Counted from the first letter of the stretch, positions 21,901 to 34,400 are shown. The stretch: DNA of 64,000 nt from Epithemia pelagica (GCA_946965045.2 OX337234.1:2666001-2730000); one strand, 5' to 3'. The notes: generated by a model from the sequence alone, not told the origin. Numbers and translations are program-made.

Positions 21901-22651
21901 CGAGGTGTTTATGTTCACGGACAACTCGACAGCAGAGTCTGCGTTCTACAAGGGAACGTCATCCTCGAGATTGCTGTTTGAATTAGTGCTGCGAACAAAA
22001 CAGTTGGAAATGAATGGTCACATTTTTGTTAGAGTGATCTGGGTGGCCGGTACAAGAATGATAGAGCAAGGGACCGACGGTCTTTCTCGTGGCGATCTTA
22101 TGACTGGAGTCATGACCGGTTTAAACATGCTCCTTTACGTACCATTGAACAAGACGGTGATCCAACGTCAGGAGAATGTTGTACCCTGGCTGGAGTCAGT
22201 TGGGCACACGGCATACAAGTGGAGAGTTTTACAAACTCACGAGTGGTTTGATGAGGCGTTCGAGGACGGGGAATTTATTTGGACACCACAGCCTGCTATT
22301 GCAGATGTGGCAGTTGACTTGTTATGCGACGCTCGCCACATCCATACTAGAACCGCACACATGTTTGTTTGCCCTGCGTTAATGACTAACAGGTGGCGAA
22401 AGAAGTTGGGGAAGGTGGCGGATTTTGTTTTTACCATCCCTGTAGGCACCGAATTGTGGCCAAAGTCTCATCACGAACCGTTGATTGTTGGTTTTGTCTT
22501 TCCTTTTCTTTGCAGCCCTCCATGGCAAGTTAAACGAGCGACAAGCTTATTGGACGAGGTGGAAGGGAAACTGCCGAGCGTGTGGGCATCCGGTACAACC
22601 TCTGTCCGGGATCTGCTGCGCAAACTTTGGCGTTTCAAGGGGAACGAGTAA
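18908..22651 (+). CDS. Pol of the YR retrotransposon: degenerate DNMT-like domain, RT, RNase H and MT-like tail
   Basis: RT motifs FFSVPK, IRMVYDG, DNDFGEMFLNF, MGLTTSP, YVDD, GAWAG. RNase H motifs FADASG, SSNFRE, FTDNS, GTDGLSR. Confidence 0.92.
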   Translation: METQDTKMKKLASQDIKDYFRIHAATETNDGVAKRMESKISVGKGKWRVGLVSTITPFWFWVVASLGEVVWIDVLDKELLSEETGAMDWRSKALDLQPRQTKNRGIKRRRVSYWTAADWSTRETVDIIFFERSIVPGPDHDVWRQSELKLVFWIGGKKKGGPPLTEASQWKQGIMKLDHTDLGGVTNLESWIHVSERVDSDERRFVDCWADHLEQGLQHTTFRGIVDPTIQGKECPLSLFHDDSSERNVWKRGVSILERKMVWKKDVARTHILPSVFATRSGFVERKISSRELAVALDFPAALHKKGSEQELDRWTVDIGVPFKSRVQVARSILGWMNDRREANDQKERSDEMSEESLSDMGQGPRSQTRMTENCELFTSLDSEGGGSLNMEERREDGNLKATKADDAEIPTYLWDDRICSHFDMTSVSDRGRGIQALSVIRRVALKYWKRLVCSDFWGWWKSQRFRDDNDEKERTIRAGLSALTHASQASWWDWDHGSSPFFWRMPKLDWLVEMRDGVEPMWIGDPPAYRRRQQANPDPESRALEKKKLKKVRHRGYIVKTADIKSLTSFFSVPKGNTDIRMVYDGTKSGLNDALYAPWFGLGNVTSMLRTVEAKTWLADNDFGEMFLNFWIHPDLRKYTGIDITELFPEELKEKYGATRLWEAWCRCAMGLTTSPYQTTQCAQRVKRVIFGDKSDPNNIFGWTDVRINLPGDDHYDPSLLWISKVRANGDIAADVHPYVDDLRETAPTEEEAWLAASKMAKGASYFGLQDVARKRRSPSKSPGAWAGAVIEAANDGKVYKTVAQERWDKTRKFVHTLKDWADGGGLVDRKELERIRGFLVYVSLTFDIMVPYLKGIHLTLESWRDDRDEEGWKLNEKDRRAVIRKRERELHAPPKVKQAPRFKDDVKALVRLTDQEHPPKILARPTSGAKVAMIFADASGEGFGSSLWIYGGSTVDTEHGLWTREYGSRSSNFRELYNLVLRLERLVQDGKLPEGTEVFMFTDNSTAESAFYKGTSSSRLLFELVLRTKQLEMNGHIFVRVIWVAGTRMIEQGTDGLSRGDLMTGVMTGLNMLLYVPLNKTVIQRQENVVPWLESVGHTAYKWRVLQTHEWFDEAFEDGEFIWTPQPAIADVAVDLLCDARHIHTRTAHMFVCPALMTNRWRKKLGKVADFVFTIPVGTELWPKSHHEPLIVGFVFPFLCSPPWQVKRATSLLDEVEGKLPSVWASGTTSVRDLLRKLWRFKGNE

Positions 22652-24062
22652 GACATGTACCGGGATATGGCACGCGAGATGCTATCGGCAATTTGAAGCG
22701 GATAAATTTCCAGTCTTGCAGGCCTCGGATTTGGATGATGCCTTGCTGGATTTAGAGGGACATGGCAAATTGGATGACGATGAGCATCGTTTCAAGGAGG
22801 CACGTCCTGGGGATGACCTCATGGTGGCCTTCCAATGTGATGATTGTTGTTTTTACAACTTGCAAGGACGATACCCCTCATCACGGGAAGAAGACAAGCT
22901 CCTACAGCTCTGCATTCACAGAGCTATTTTGGATTCGTTCTGGGCACGAGAAAGATCAACAGTCGAAAAGAACTGGAGGGAAGTCAAAGGCTTATTGGAA
23001 ACAAGTGCCACGATGGGCTTGGACTCACCTTTGCCGAACCGAGGTCCTTTCGCGGTTGGAGATGACAATGGTCTAAATGTTGCCTGCATGATGCTGATGA
23101 AGACGCTGAGAGCAGGCAAGAACTCGACCCACATTCAATTTGAGACAGCGCGAAAAGTGAGATCCGCCGTATCTAACTTCTTCCATACAATACCGGGAGG
23201 GACTGGTTTGGCGACTGTGGGACAAGGCGAAAGGGGAGGTCTGTTTTTTAGCGCCAGCTCCACAAATTCTCATTGGTTCCGGCGATTCATGACCGGGTGC
23301 CATCGCAGAATGGGGGACGTCTGGATCCCAGACCAAGCGGTCACCGTTGATGAAGTCAAGGCTGCGCTTTCCATATTAGAAGAGGAGTGGATCGGCGGAG
23401 CGACAGGACAACGAAAGGTGGAAATCGCTTTAACAGGCGCAATGGTTGTTGTTGGATACGTCGCCGCATTGAGAGGAGAAGAGCTGCCGCAGATTGATGT
23501 TGGATTAATGCGCAAGTATTGGGAAGAAGGGCTGAATTATTCAAGGAAGAAGCACGTTCCCCTTGCCTTAGCGGGCAGATTCAAACAGACCACAGGGACC
23601 TTCTGAGTTTATATGCACCCGTTGGCAGAAAAAACGTCGTCTGGAATAGACGTCCGGCAGTGGTTAGAGAGAGCAATTCGGTGCTTGCACCAACAAGGAG
23701 TGACCAGCGGGCCCATGTTTCGGATCACTAGAAAGCGAGGGCAAATCGCTCGTGCATCGGTCGGAGACCTGGATTCGCTTTTCCACCCATTATGGAAACG
23801 AGTATAACATCGCTTCCCAGGTCTGATTGGCGAGTCAGTGAAAGTGGATGAAGATTACAGCGTGAGGAGATCTTTTCGTCGGAGAGCAACCACAGAAGCT
23901 CAAAATCGACAAATTCCCAGAGAGGTAATAGAAATGAACAACCGCTGGCAAAAGCACATCAAGGGCAAGGGAGTACTGCCCAACATGTCCATGTTGGAAC
24001 GTTATTCGGACGCTAAAGCTTCAGTGGAAGCTCTTCTTGTCAGGTTCTCAGAACTGCTGTAA
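22485..24062 (+). pseudogene. Tyrosine recombinase ORF with two in-frame stops (TGA 23604-23606, TAA 23805-23807)
   Basis: ORF pieces at 22485, 23613 and 23838 share one frame. Motifs ALRGEE, GRFK, RRSFRR, NRW and terminal ERY; N-terminal Cys/His motif. Confidence 0.85.
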
Positions 24063-24911
24063 AAGGGAACAGGCGATGCAAGGAAGGGATGTCAGAACGG
24101 AGAAATTGAATTCAAGTTGGAAACGAAGATGGAACGACCACACGGGGAGATGACTCGACTATACCTCTTATGGGGTATGTCCAGGTCGCTTTGATGACTG
24201 TCAGCTTGACTGTTGATGGGAGGAAGATCTCTCTCCTGGTTGGCATGTTGGGGTGTGGCAACCTTGACATGCTGACCGTCCTTTTCTTGCGAAGATACTT
24301 TCGAAGATTGGGGCTCACCCTATGGTGAGTAAATGGAGAATGGGTTTTCTAGCCTAGAGGCACACTCGCACGCAGCATACACGGGGTAGCAGAATCTGTA
24401 GTTCTGCGACCGTGGCGCGATTCAGGATCCCTCCCGATACTGGGATATGGGTGGGGGGCCTAGTCCCCCCCAGTGTTGGTTAAGTAACATCTTAATACTA
24501 TATTATTGCAAACGAGAGGTCATGGGATTTGATTGGTGCACAGGTCGTGACGACTGAGGATGAAGTACCTGGGGGTGGAAAAACATCAAAGACTCAAAAA
24601 CATTTTTTTAGCTCAAGACTCGAAATTCAGTACTTTACACCAAAACCTTCCCACGTTAGACAAAAAACGCCGGGCCAACCCCTATTCAAAACCATACAGC
24701 CCCGAAGAAAAACAATGATTGAAGAACGGTCATCCATTGTTCTATCAATCCATTAAATAAAAACCATTTTACCACGCTGTTCCACGTCAGAATCACGCCC
24801 AACGAACCAACCCACGAAACATCTCCCCACGCCCTTAGGGAGGGTAGCAACTATGTCACTAGCACCTAGCCAAACATAGAAGCTGAAGACCCAGACTTGT
24901 GCTATCTCTCA

Positions 24912-25604
24912 GTAGCTAGGATTGAGTACAATAGGTCCCACGCATCTATTACTCCTAGGTTCCTACTTGATTGATTGCATCAAGTATAATCCATGTCGAC
25001 TACAGTTTGGTTGCCATCATAGCTACCCCTAGTATCTCTGGAGTCCAAGTCGACTCCATTATTGGAATATCCATTATCCATCACAAATTGGATCTGAGTC
25101 ATGGCTTCAGTCATGAATGACATAGTCGTCTGCCCATCATCCGAATCACATCCGGGTGGTTGTATGAGTAGTGAGTAGCTATGCTATCTAGCTAGCTAGT
25201 AGACCGCTAGCTACACTCAGAAGAGGTAGGAGCAGATCCGGACCTAGATACTGGTGATTGTCACCAATTGGTTTTGGTAGGAAAGCAGCAATCTCTTGGT
25301 AGCTAGGATTGAGTATAATAGGTCCCACGCATCTATCAGGTTCCTACTTGGTTGCATCAAGTATAATCCATGTCGACTCCAGTTTGGTTGCCATCATAAT
25401 CATAGCTACCCCTAGTATCTCTGGAGTCCAAGTCGACTCCATTGGAGTATCCATCGCAAATTGGATCTGAGTCTTGGCTTCAGTCATGAATGACATAGTC
25501 GTCTGCCCATCATCCGAATCACACACGGGTGGTTGTATGAGTAGTGAGTAGCTATGCTATCTAGCTAGTAGACCGCTTGCTACACTCAGAAGAGGTAGGA
25601 GCAG
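24912..25604. repeat. Tandem duplication: 324-bp and 306-bp copies, 387-bp period
   Basis: Copies 24912-25235 and 25299-25604 both run GTAGCTAGGATTGAGTA...AGAAGAGGTAGGAGCAG, differing by small indels. Confidence 0.85.
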
Positions 25605-25980
25605 GGTTACCCGGTATTTTGTCCATAATAGTGTGGAATAGATCCCTGGGCAATAGTAGGTGTCCAACTAAGTTTTGGTCTTGGACATCCGTTGTCCTCC
25701 TATGTAGATTTCATCTCTTATTAAGTGATACACTCGGACATGATCCACAATAGCCCTGTATGTAGTCATCATGTGTCACATAATGTACTGCCCTTTTATG
25801 ATTTTTAAACTGACTTATGTGTCACAACACTCACAATAGCATGATAAGTACTTCCTCCACAGACACTGTGTGCCAGATCTCAATAGACTCTCCAGCGCTC
25901 TCACTCTCTTAAAGTTTGCAGTATTGTAAATGAGGAGAGCATAGAGAACGCTAGCAACTGGAATACAACTGACCATTGAA

Positions 25981-27114
25981 TCGGACAACGGACAATAGGA
26001 CACGGACAGCGAACAATAGGACACGGACAACGAGCAATAGGACACGGACATGGGACAATAGGACACGGACATGGGACAATAGGACACGGACAAGGGACAA
26101 TTAGGACACGGACAAGGGACAATAGGACATGGACCATGGACTTGGGCCGGCACTACTAACCATCAAAGTCAACCACCACGATGATGTTGACACTAATGAG
26201 GTGCAAAACAACAATCAAACTTTCCCACCCATGCGTGTGGAATTGTTTAAGACAGGGATGAAGTCATTTGGACAATGAATCGGACAATCGGACAACCAAT
26301 CGGACACTCAGACAGCCTCCATATGAAACAACATCACTCACCAGGAAAGCCAGACAACAATCAAACATCAAGTGGGTGAATGCAACAATGAATCTGTTTT
26401 GTTCAATGGGTGGATGGGGCTTCACCAGACAATATCTTTGCTCATGGCTGGTCATGCAATGAACTCAAATTTTTGTCAACTTCGCTCGTTTTCCCCCTTC
26501 CGAAGTCGAACTCAAATCATATCATCATATGGCAACAGAACAAACACACCTATATAATCTCTTCTAATAATATGATAGTTGTCTGATTTTTGCTCGTCAA
26601 TAATCTCGTTGTACAGTGCTTGGTTTGCATTATCCGACTGTGATTGTCTGTATTCCACTTGTCCGATTCAATGTCCACTTCTTTTTCTGACTGTCCTATT
26701 CACCAACCTACTCGTGCCCAAACCCTCCCCATCCCCCATAATATAATAAAGTTGGATTGTTACATTCACCCACTCGATGTTTGATTGTCGTCTGGCTTTC
26801 TTCGTGAGTCATGTGGAGGTTGTCCGATTGTCCGATTCGTTGTCCGATTGTCCGATTCATTTTCCTATTGTCTTCTTCCCTGCCATAAACCTTTGATATG
26901 CATGATTGGGAAAGTTTGATTGTTGTTTTGCGCCCCATTAGTGTCAACACCATCGTGGTGGTTGACTTTGGTGGTTAGTAGTGCCGGCCCAAGTCCATGG
27001 TCCATGTCCTGTTGTCCCTTGTCCATGTCCTATTGTCCCTTGTCCGTGTCCTAATTGTCCCTTGTCCGTGTCCTATTGTCCCATGTCCGTGTCCTATTGT
27101 CCCATGTCCGTGTC
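25981..27114. mobile_element. Foldback-type element with ~350-bp imperfect inverted arms containing a 21-bp tandem repeat
   Basis: Arms at about 26041-26390 and 26750-27114. Unit GGACACGGACA(T/A)GGGACAATA on the left and its reverse complement on the right. No ORF; TSD not identified. Confidence 0.75.
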
Positions 27115-27678
27115 ATGTTCGAGTCAACTCCTCTGGATGATTGCATAAATCCATAATGGTATCATTCTTCATTTCGGCACACTGCGACTTACGGATGGTG
27201 GGGTTCGCGCCGTTCTCGGCTTGGTTTGCGAATTTATTTTCCTTCCATGCTTTCAACACTTTAACATTGTTTCTGCTATAAGAGTTTTCAAAAGGATCAC
27301 TTCGAAACACGAATAAATTCCAGGGTTTTCATGTTCGAGTCAACCTCTCTGGATGATTACATCAATCCACAATTAACGTTTATGTCGTGCTATTTTATAA
27401 AATTATTTTTACTTCTTTTTTAGGAATTTGATTAGCCACTTCTACAGGACTCAATTATGGGAATCAGGGGCCAAAGCGTCCTGTTTTCCGAAGACAGGTT
27501 TTTTTTTCAATTTTATTGCGACGTTTTCACTTCATTCAGGGGACGGTCATGGAGAAAGCCTTTGGTTTCATTGATGCTGCAAGTATGAATAATGCAGATG
27601 CAATCAGCGTCTTATTTTTTGGATATGTGGTCGGCACGTTTTTATATCCGACTCTTGCAAAACGGGAAATCAGAATAC

Positions 27679-28399
27679 ACTTAGGATATCTGCTAGCTAG
27701 GTGTGATAACGACTTGATAATCAGGGTTAGTTCAGTTGGGTAGCAATGTTAGTCAACCTATCACGTTGGATCGACGATGGGGCCCTCACCTTCGGTCTAC
27801 GATATAGGTTGACTCCTTTTGTAGACAACAGTTGCTTGTAACTTTTGTTTTTTAGAAAAGAGTGAGATTAATCTACATGAAAGTGATTTTCAGGTCTGAT
27901 CGATCTCCGATCTCAAGGAGAACTTAGCCGCTCCATTTCTCTCTTGAAGAATAGTTCTTCCTTGTTCTTTTTGTTCTTCATGATTAGATGAGAGTATTCA
28001 CCTCTCCTGATTGTTTGGGCCTTATGAATGTTCTTTCTAGAAGGTACTTACCTTTGGAACAGGCCTGCTAGATCATCTGGAGGTCGATCGTTATCTTTGT
28101 GTAATTCTCAATTTGAGAGAGAAGATATTACGACTAGAGGTATCGTCCAACTTGCGTTCGTATGAACGGATGTGTAGGCTCGCGACTTGCATTGTGCATG
28201 TATATGAATAATTAGTACATGAATCTTCCTGGACTGCTGGGTGAAGTTACTATTCAGCTAAATCCATCTGTTGTTCGTCCGTTCAACTGCAACACGAGCG
28301 TCTGTCTTACTTCAGGACAGCTGCTTTCCTCTATGTCGTAGCTATGTCATGCTATGTCACACCTAGATCTAATGGTGCTAGATGTGCTATGTTGTAACT
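27679..28399 (-). repeat. 3' LTR of Copia-1
   Basis: 721 bp; 2 substitutions relative to 36751-37471 by manual comparison. Confidence 0.95.
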
Positions 28400-28452
28400 C
28401 TCCCTCTCATTGAGTGATTGGGCTAGAATTGCGACATGGAAGGTATGATGGT

Positions 28453-31400
28453 TTACCATCCTTGATTGAGCTTACGGCAGCGCTCAAAAAGTTCTCGATT
28501 CTGGCATTTAGTAAAGTAATCAGCCTTTTGGTCAGCTGTGCTGACCATGCTAACTTTCACGCCGCCGGGGTGGTCGCCTACATGCTCCCAAAAGAAGTGG
28601 AGGTAGGTGTTAAAATGCTTGGTCCTTGGAGTTAGGCGCTGCTTCGTTGCAAGGTAAAAGGCTCCACTATTGTCCTCAAAGACTTCAGAGAAAATAGTGG
28701 GCTTCGGGAACGGCAGCTTGAGATTGCCTAGAAGTTCTTCAATCACTCGGCGGGTAGCTATCACACTACGCATGGCTTGTGAGAGGGCATGGTACTCAGC
28801 CTGGAGTGTACTAAGAGCTACCGATGATTGGAGTTGCGAACGCCATATTAGTGGGCATCCACAAAATGTTAGTATATAGCCAGTACGAGACTTAGCACTA
28901 ACGGGATTGTCTTGGGGTTCGCGTCCATGCAAACCGGCAAAATCAGCATCTACATAGCAATCTAGTTTGAAATCTGTAGTAGGGGTGAAGATAGTCCCTT
29001 TGTCTCTTGTTCGAACTAAGTAGCGCACAATTGTCTTGATGGCGGTAGCGTGTGATTTCTTTGGTGCTGAACTGAATCTAGCTACCTGACTAACAGCGAA
29101 AGCTATGTCAGGTCTAGTGTTGGTAGCCAGGTATAGGAGCATTCCTACTACGGAGCGATATTCCCAGCTTTCCTTCATAGGTTCACCGTCTGGGTCGCTG
29201 CCTAATCCCAGCTGGGTTGCAGGAGTCCAATTAGGGTTGCAATCTTCTAGTCCTGTAGTTTTAATAATCTTCGCAATAAGTCCTTTCTGGGTCATGGTAA
29301 TAGATTTATTCTCATGACGGATAAAGTTTATTCCGAGGTAGTCAGTCAGATTTCCTTCTTTCTTGAGAGACAACTCTTTTTCTTGTAGTCTTTTGATTAG
29401 ATCGTCTATTAGTTCCATTTTAGGAGCACAGACACCACAGTCGTCTACCCACAGAAAAATGATGATGTTGTCTTTGTAAAGCAAACACTCGTCATGAGCA
29501 CTGAGGGTGAATCCGTCTTCCTTTAAAGCCTCTAGTAGGTGGGTATACCATAACCTTGGAGCTGAAGACAGGCCATATAGACTCTTGATGAGTCGCAGGC
29601 AGGTCTCTCCAGGTTTGCCAGACCTAAATCCTCTAGGTAAATGAATCCATACAGGTTCATCCAACGTAGCTTGTACAAATGCATTGTTAAAATCAATGCA
29701 GGCAAGCTCCCATCCTAGGATTAAGCTGATAGTGAGGACAATACGGATTGAGCTCCAGTGAACAACTGGGCTGTAGTTTTCTTGTTCCGTTTCCTGTAAG
29801 TCTCCTCTCACACAATATCTGGCTTTGTGTTTGAGGATCTCACCATCGGGAGTTCTCTTTCGTTTAAATACCCAAGTTCCTGGTAGAATCCGCGTTTTTG
29901 CCTGAGATTTTGGGACCTCTTCCCATGTTCCTTTACCTTCGAGTTCCATAATTTCTTTGTGTGCTGCAACTTTCCATTTTTCAATGTCAGCATCTCGCAT
30001 GGCTTCGTCATAAGAAAGCGTATCTGGATCAGAGAGAGATGCTTTCATGACGGTCAGGAGGTCGCTATGATCTACAGATGGAGGAGCAGTAGGATGAACG
30101 GTAGCCACATTTATTTCTTCTACAAGACGAGTGGGCCGTTTAACAGTCCGACCGGAGCGACGAGTGGTGATGGTTGGTGCGAGAGAGGGAGTGGAACCGG
30201 AAGTGGGTTGAGTGGATTTGCGAGGACGGGACTCCCTCTGAGGCCGAATCTCCCTCTGAGGAGATGGACCAGGGGAAGGAGTAGTGTTGGGAGAAGGAGA
30301 AGGCAAAAGAGGGGTTGTCGAAGGCGAGGTTTCAGCGACCTGGTCAGTTTTCTCCCTCTGAGGAAGGGGTGTATTGGAAAAGGACATCCGCTTAGGGGAT
30401 GGTTGATACACCGGTTCCTCATTGGGAGCTGAAATCGATACGGGTCTGTTGCTTGGTGTCGAACTGGGTGCTGGTGCGCCAATGGGAGTAGCACGGGGAT
30501 TAGTTAAAGGAAACGTGCCAGGAGTGGAACTGGGTTGGGAAGGCGATGGAAGCACGGCAAAAGGACGATGAGTCCCAATTGCATGTGCGACATTGGATTC
30601 TCTTTGTGTATAGGACTGTTGTGCGGCCTCATCTGTAGTAGTAGGCGCTTCAATATTTGGAGCATCGTCGTTGTCGAGATCTATATATTGATAGGAGGAG
30701 TCTCCGAACAGTTTATACCACGTGTCAGTGAAGAAGTCGGGCAATTGTTCATAAGTCATAGCAATTGTACTGAACCAATCGTCGAAAACTACATGGAATT
30801 GTGGTGTTATGTAGCCGGTGTCAGGGTTAGAAACCAGAGGGACCGAACTAGCATGGCGGTTACTTAACCCCATGAGTTGGCAACGTGTAGACCTAGGCTT
30901 CCAACGAGGTAGTTTCTTCCCGTCGGCAATGGATTTCTGTAGGACATAGACTGGGCAGCCCCACACGTGTAGGTCGTGGAACTTTCGTTGTTCCCAACGG
31001 ACACGTGTAAATAAGTCGTGGGGGCTAATCCCTGTGTCAGTACGGGGCACATGATTATGTAGGTACACTGCATGTGATACTGCCATGGGCCATAGCATAG
31101 GGTCAGCTAATTCTGGCCAGTGTATTGCAGCATGGAGCATCATTGTACGAGCAATAGACATAATAGTTTGTATTGCCCGTTCGGCAATGCCAGCATGGTG
31201 ATGTGCCCCAACTCCGGCAAATCTGGAAATTTGAGCGAATGTTCGGAGTGATTGGGTGTAATCCTTAGAGGTAAAGGCTGCTCCATTGTCCGTTACTACC
31301 CCTATTTCTCTACAGAAAAGCTCGAAGGATTCCTTAACACTCAGCGTTTCATGTGTATTTAGGTGGGATTGAAATCCTATCCACGTGTATCCCGAAGCGT

Positions 31401-34400
31401 GATCTACAAAGATTGCTCCACCTGTATAAAGATCGTTGATTTTTGATTTCCCCTTTGAGTCAAAGCGTCTCCCCTTTGTAGAACACACAAAATGATCTAC
31501 TGAGATGCATTGACCTGGATGCAGGTTACCGTCTTTGGTAACCCCTTGTTTGTCTTTGACGATGATCGTTTTCGTCCCTGGTTCGGTTCGTCTGCGTTGT
31601 TTCCCGAATTGACATGCTGCGCACAAGGGTAAGTCGGTGAGTGTGGATGCGAGAGTGTGTAAACGACGCGTTTTCTCTGTTGTTGCCAAAACGCCTGTTC
31701 GCATGAGAAACTGTACCTTGAGAAGATTCATGTGTCCGAGTCGGTAATGCCATTTGAGAAGTTCCTTCTGTGCTGGTGAGAGGTTTGCGTTTTGGTGTGC
31801 GACTTCATTCACAGTACTGTTGAAAGCGAGTGATGTTGTTTGTAAGTGGTCTGAATTGTATCCGTAGGACATTGGAAGATTGTTCTTCAGATTTACCATC
31901 ACATTTACCTCTCGGCGATCAGGGTCGCCTGGAATTCCAGTCAAGGTAAGTGTATAACCGTCCTGAATGATTTTCTCTCCATGGTACTGCTGAAGAAGAT
32001 TTTGCGTTGACAACAATCTCACAGAAATTTTTGGTACATGGAATGCAGGAAGTTTCAACATTTGTGGAGCGCCATTCGTGTCCAAAACCGTCCAAAGGAC
32101 AGTTCCTCGTCCAACAGCCTTCATTTTATTGGCAATACCTTTTACTTTCAGATCAGGGAAGGGCTTGATCTTTCCAATGAAGTCCTTGGCGTCGTTGGTA
32201 ATGGAGATACTCGCTCCGGAGTCCCAGATGATTGGGTACGAGGCTCCTTTTGGCATGGATTCACGAAGAGCCTTTGGATCTTGGAGTGTTGCTCGAAGAG
32301 CCTGTAGGGTGATGTTCTCCCACGGGTGGTGTGTGATGGAGTCAAGGTCAAGATCGTTGATGGAGGCCATCATTGCCATCATGTTGTTTGGATTGAGGGA
32401 GGCTCGGTGATGATGAAATCGTGGTACAGGCCGTGTGGAGCATGGTACGTTTTGGCAATAATAGGGAGTGTTGCTCCTGTTTTCGGTGTTCGATCTCTGA
32501 CGGTTGTATCCCGCCAGATGTTGATGGGGATTTCCAGCAGAGATGGGGTGCTGGAAGCGACGAGCGCGAGAACGCAACAAACTTGTCTTTGTCGGCATTC
32601 GTCGGCTGGTCGGTAGTGTGGAGTCATTATGCTCGGAAGGTGTGTTAGCGAATGGCCCGCGGCTTCGCTTGTGCCTTCGAGGTGAACTCGAGTTGACCTT
32701 GAATGAAGTGTTCCGCCGTTTTCTCCCTCGCTTCGCGGGTATAATGGTTCGTAAGCTCGTAAGGCCAGCCTGACATAACGATGCCGACCATTCCAACAAT
32801 CTACAACCAAACACAACAATCAACCGAATCGGTGTGGAGAACAAGGAGAAGAAGAAGGACCTTGTAGGGGAGTTGTGGTTGGTGGCAAAGTGGGTTCGGC
32901 GGTTGTTTAGCTGGGCACGAAAGGCATTGACCGAGACGGCGGTCCTTTGGGTGTTATTGGGGCGATTTGGTCCCTTGGCTTTGTTAGAGTTCTTGGATTT
33001 GGGACTGGATGAGAGGCTGAAACTGAGAAAGATGGCCACCCAACAAGAAATCCATGTAACGATACCAGGCATGCAGCCAGGATGCAGCAAGAAGGAAACA
33101 GAAATTTCCTTGAATCCGCAGTAAGCTTCATAGACACCATAGTAGAGATGTACCGCGGCACTGTACAGGTGTCCTAGCCCATTTGTAAAGGCGTCCTTAG
33201 ATTCCTCGGTAGTGGTTGGAGCTGGGATCAGCCAGAGGATGATCGGTAACAGGACAACAAAATGTAGAAGGGCGACCAAGAAAAGATGCTGAAGAGAGAA
33301 AGTTTCGTCTGAAAGCTCCTCGACTGGCGTGCGCGCCGGTCGTCGTGGGGTACGCACGTGTCCAAAGGTGAAAGGTGCATAGTAGACTTCTACGCATTTT
33401 CCTACCATTGAGCCTCCTACTGTCTCGTCCACAGTACAGTTGGATCCGTCCGAAGTGTCTTGGGGGTCAGTGTCTCCTTCATTTTGTAGAGAAGTGGCAG
33501 GTTGTGAAGCCTCATCTTCATCATCGTCGAAATCGACACAAGCGAGATGGGCAAAATACTTGGTGACTGCCACTGTCTTGTTCGAGTCGTCATCATCATC
33601 CGTCTTGTTTTCGGGTTCCGAGGGAACATATCGTTCGCCTAGCGTGCTGGTTGGAACGAAAGAGGAGGATGAGTTGCTTGTTGAGTCATCTGTCATCGTG
33701 CTCTTGTTCTCACGGAATGTTGTGAGTTTTGTTGCAGGAGTGAACTGCATCGCTGATCCAGAGCTGGAGGTGTCCATCGGTTGAAAACAAGGAACCATCG
33801 GGCCTGGTGGAATGGGCGACATTCCAGGAAAGCAAGATGCTGGTCGAGGGTGATTCGGAATGGGCATTCCATCAACGAAGTAGCCCATTGCCCATTCCTC
33901 TTCTTTGACACGTTGGTATGCCTCAGCCACGGTAAGTCTCGGCTCTCGCCAAGCGTTTGCGAACACGGTTTTGGCTGCTCTCTCGTACCTCATCCCATCT
34001 CTTTTTGCTTGCTCTGCTTCGAGAATGATATGCTGCATTGCATATTTTGTCGATGCAGGGATGCTCAGCCGTCGTCTTGGAGGAGGAGGCGGCGGAGTCG
34101 GATCGTTCGGAGAAAAGGGCAACGGAGTATTTGGCCGTGGTGGCAGAGGTCGTGCCTGATGGATTGGAGAGATGGCTGGTAGTTTCTTTTCCAGACTCGC
34201 CAATTGTCCAGCTTGGAGATGCTTGATTGCATCGGTCGATGTGTCCGTGCTTGTTTCAGGAGTTTTGTAAGTGAGATCTGTCTCTTCACTTTCCATTTCG
34301 TCGTAGTTCTCATTGATTGCTGCTGCTGCTGCTATGATTTCTTTGTCGTACATGTCCTCGAGAAATCGTTGGGTTGCAGCGTCATTCAATGGATCGAGCG

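Larger units (their letters stand above)
16430..24490 (+). mobile_element. Tyrosine-recombinase (DIRS/Ngaro-like) retrotransposon; boundaries approximate
   Basis: Gene order is gag-like, then RT/RNase H, then an overlapping tyrosine recombinase. No DDE integrase and no protease. Terminal repeats were not found. Confidence 0.85.

Noticed and set aside
14877-24500. TTAATACT match as terminal repeat of the YR element
   Set aside because: Only 8-9 bp, AT-rich and part of a palindrome; compatible with chance.
24912-25604. TRIM or solo-LTR pair
   Set aside because: No TG..CA ends, PBS, PPT or TSD around the repeats.
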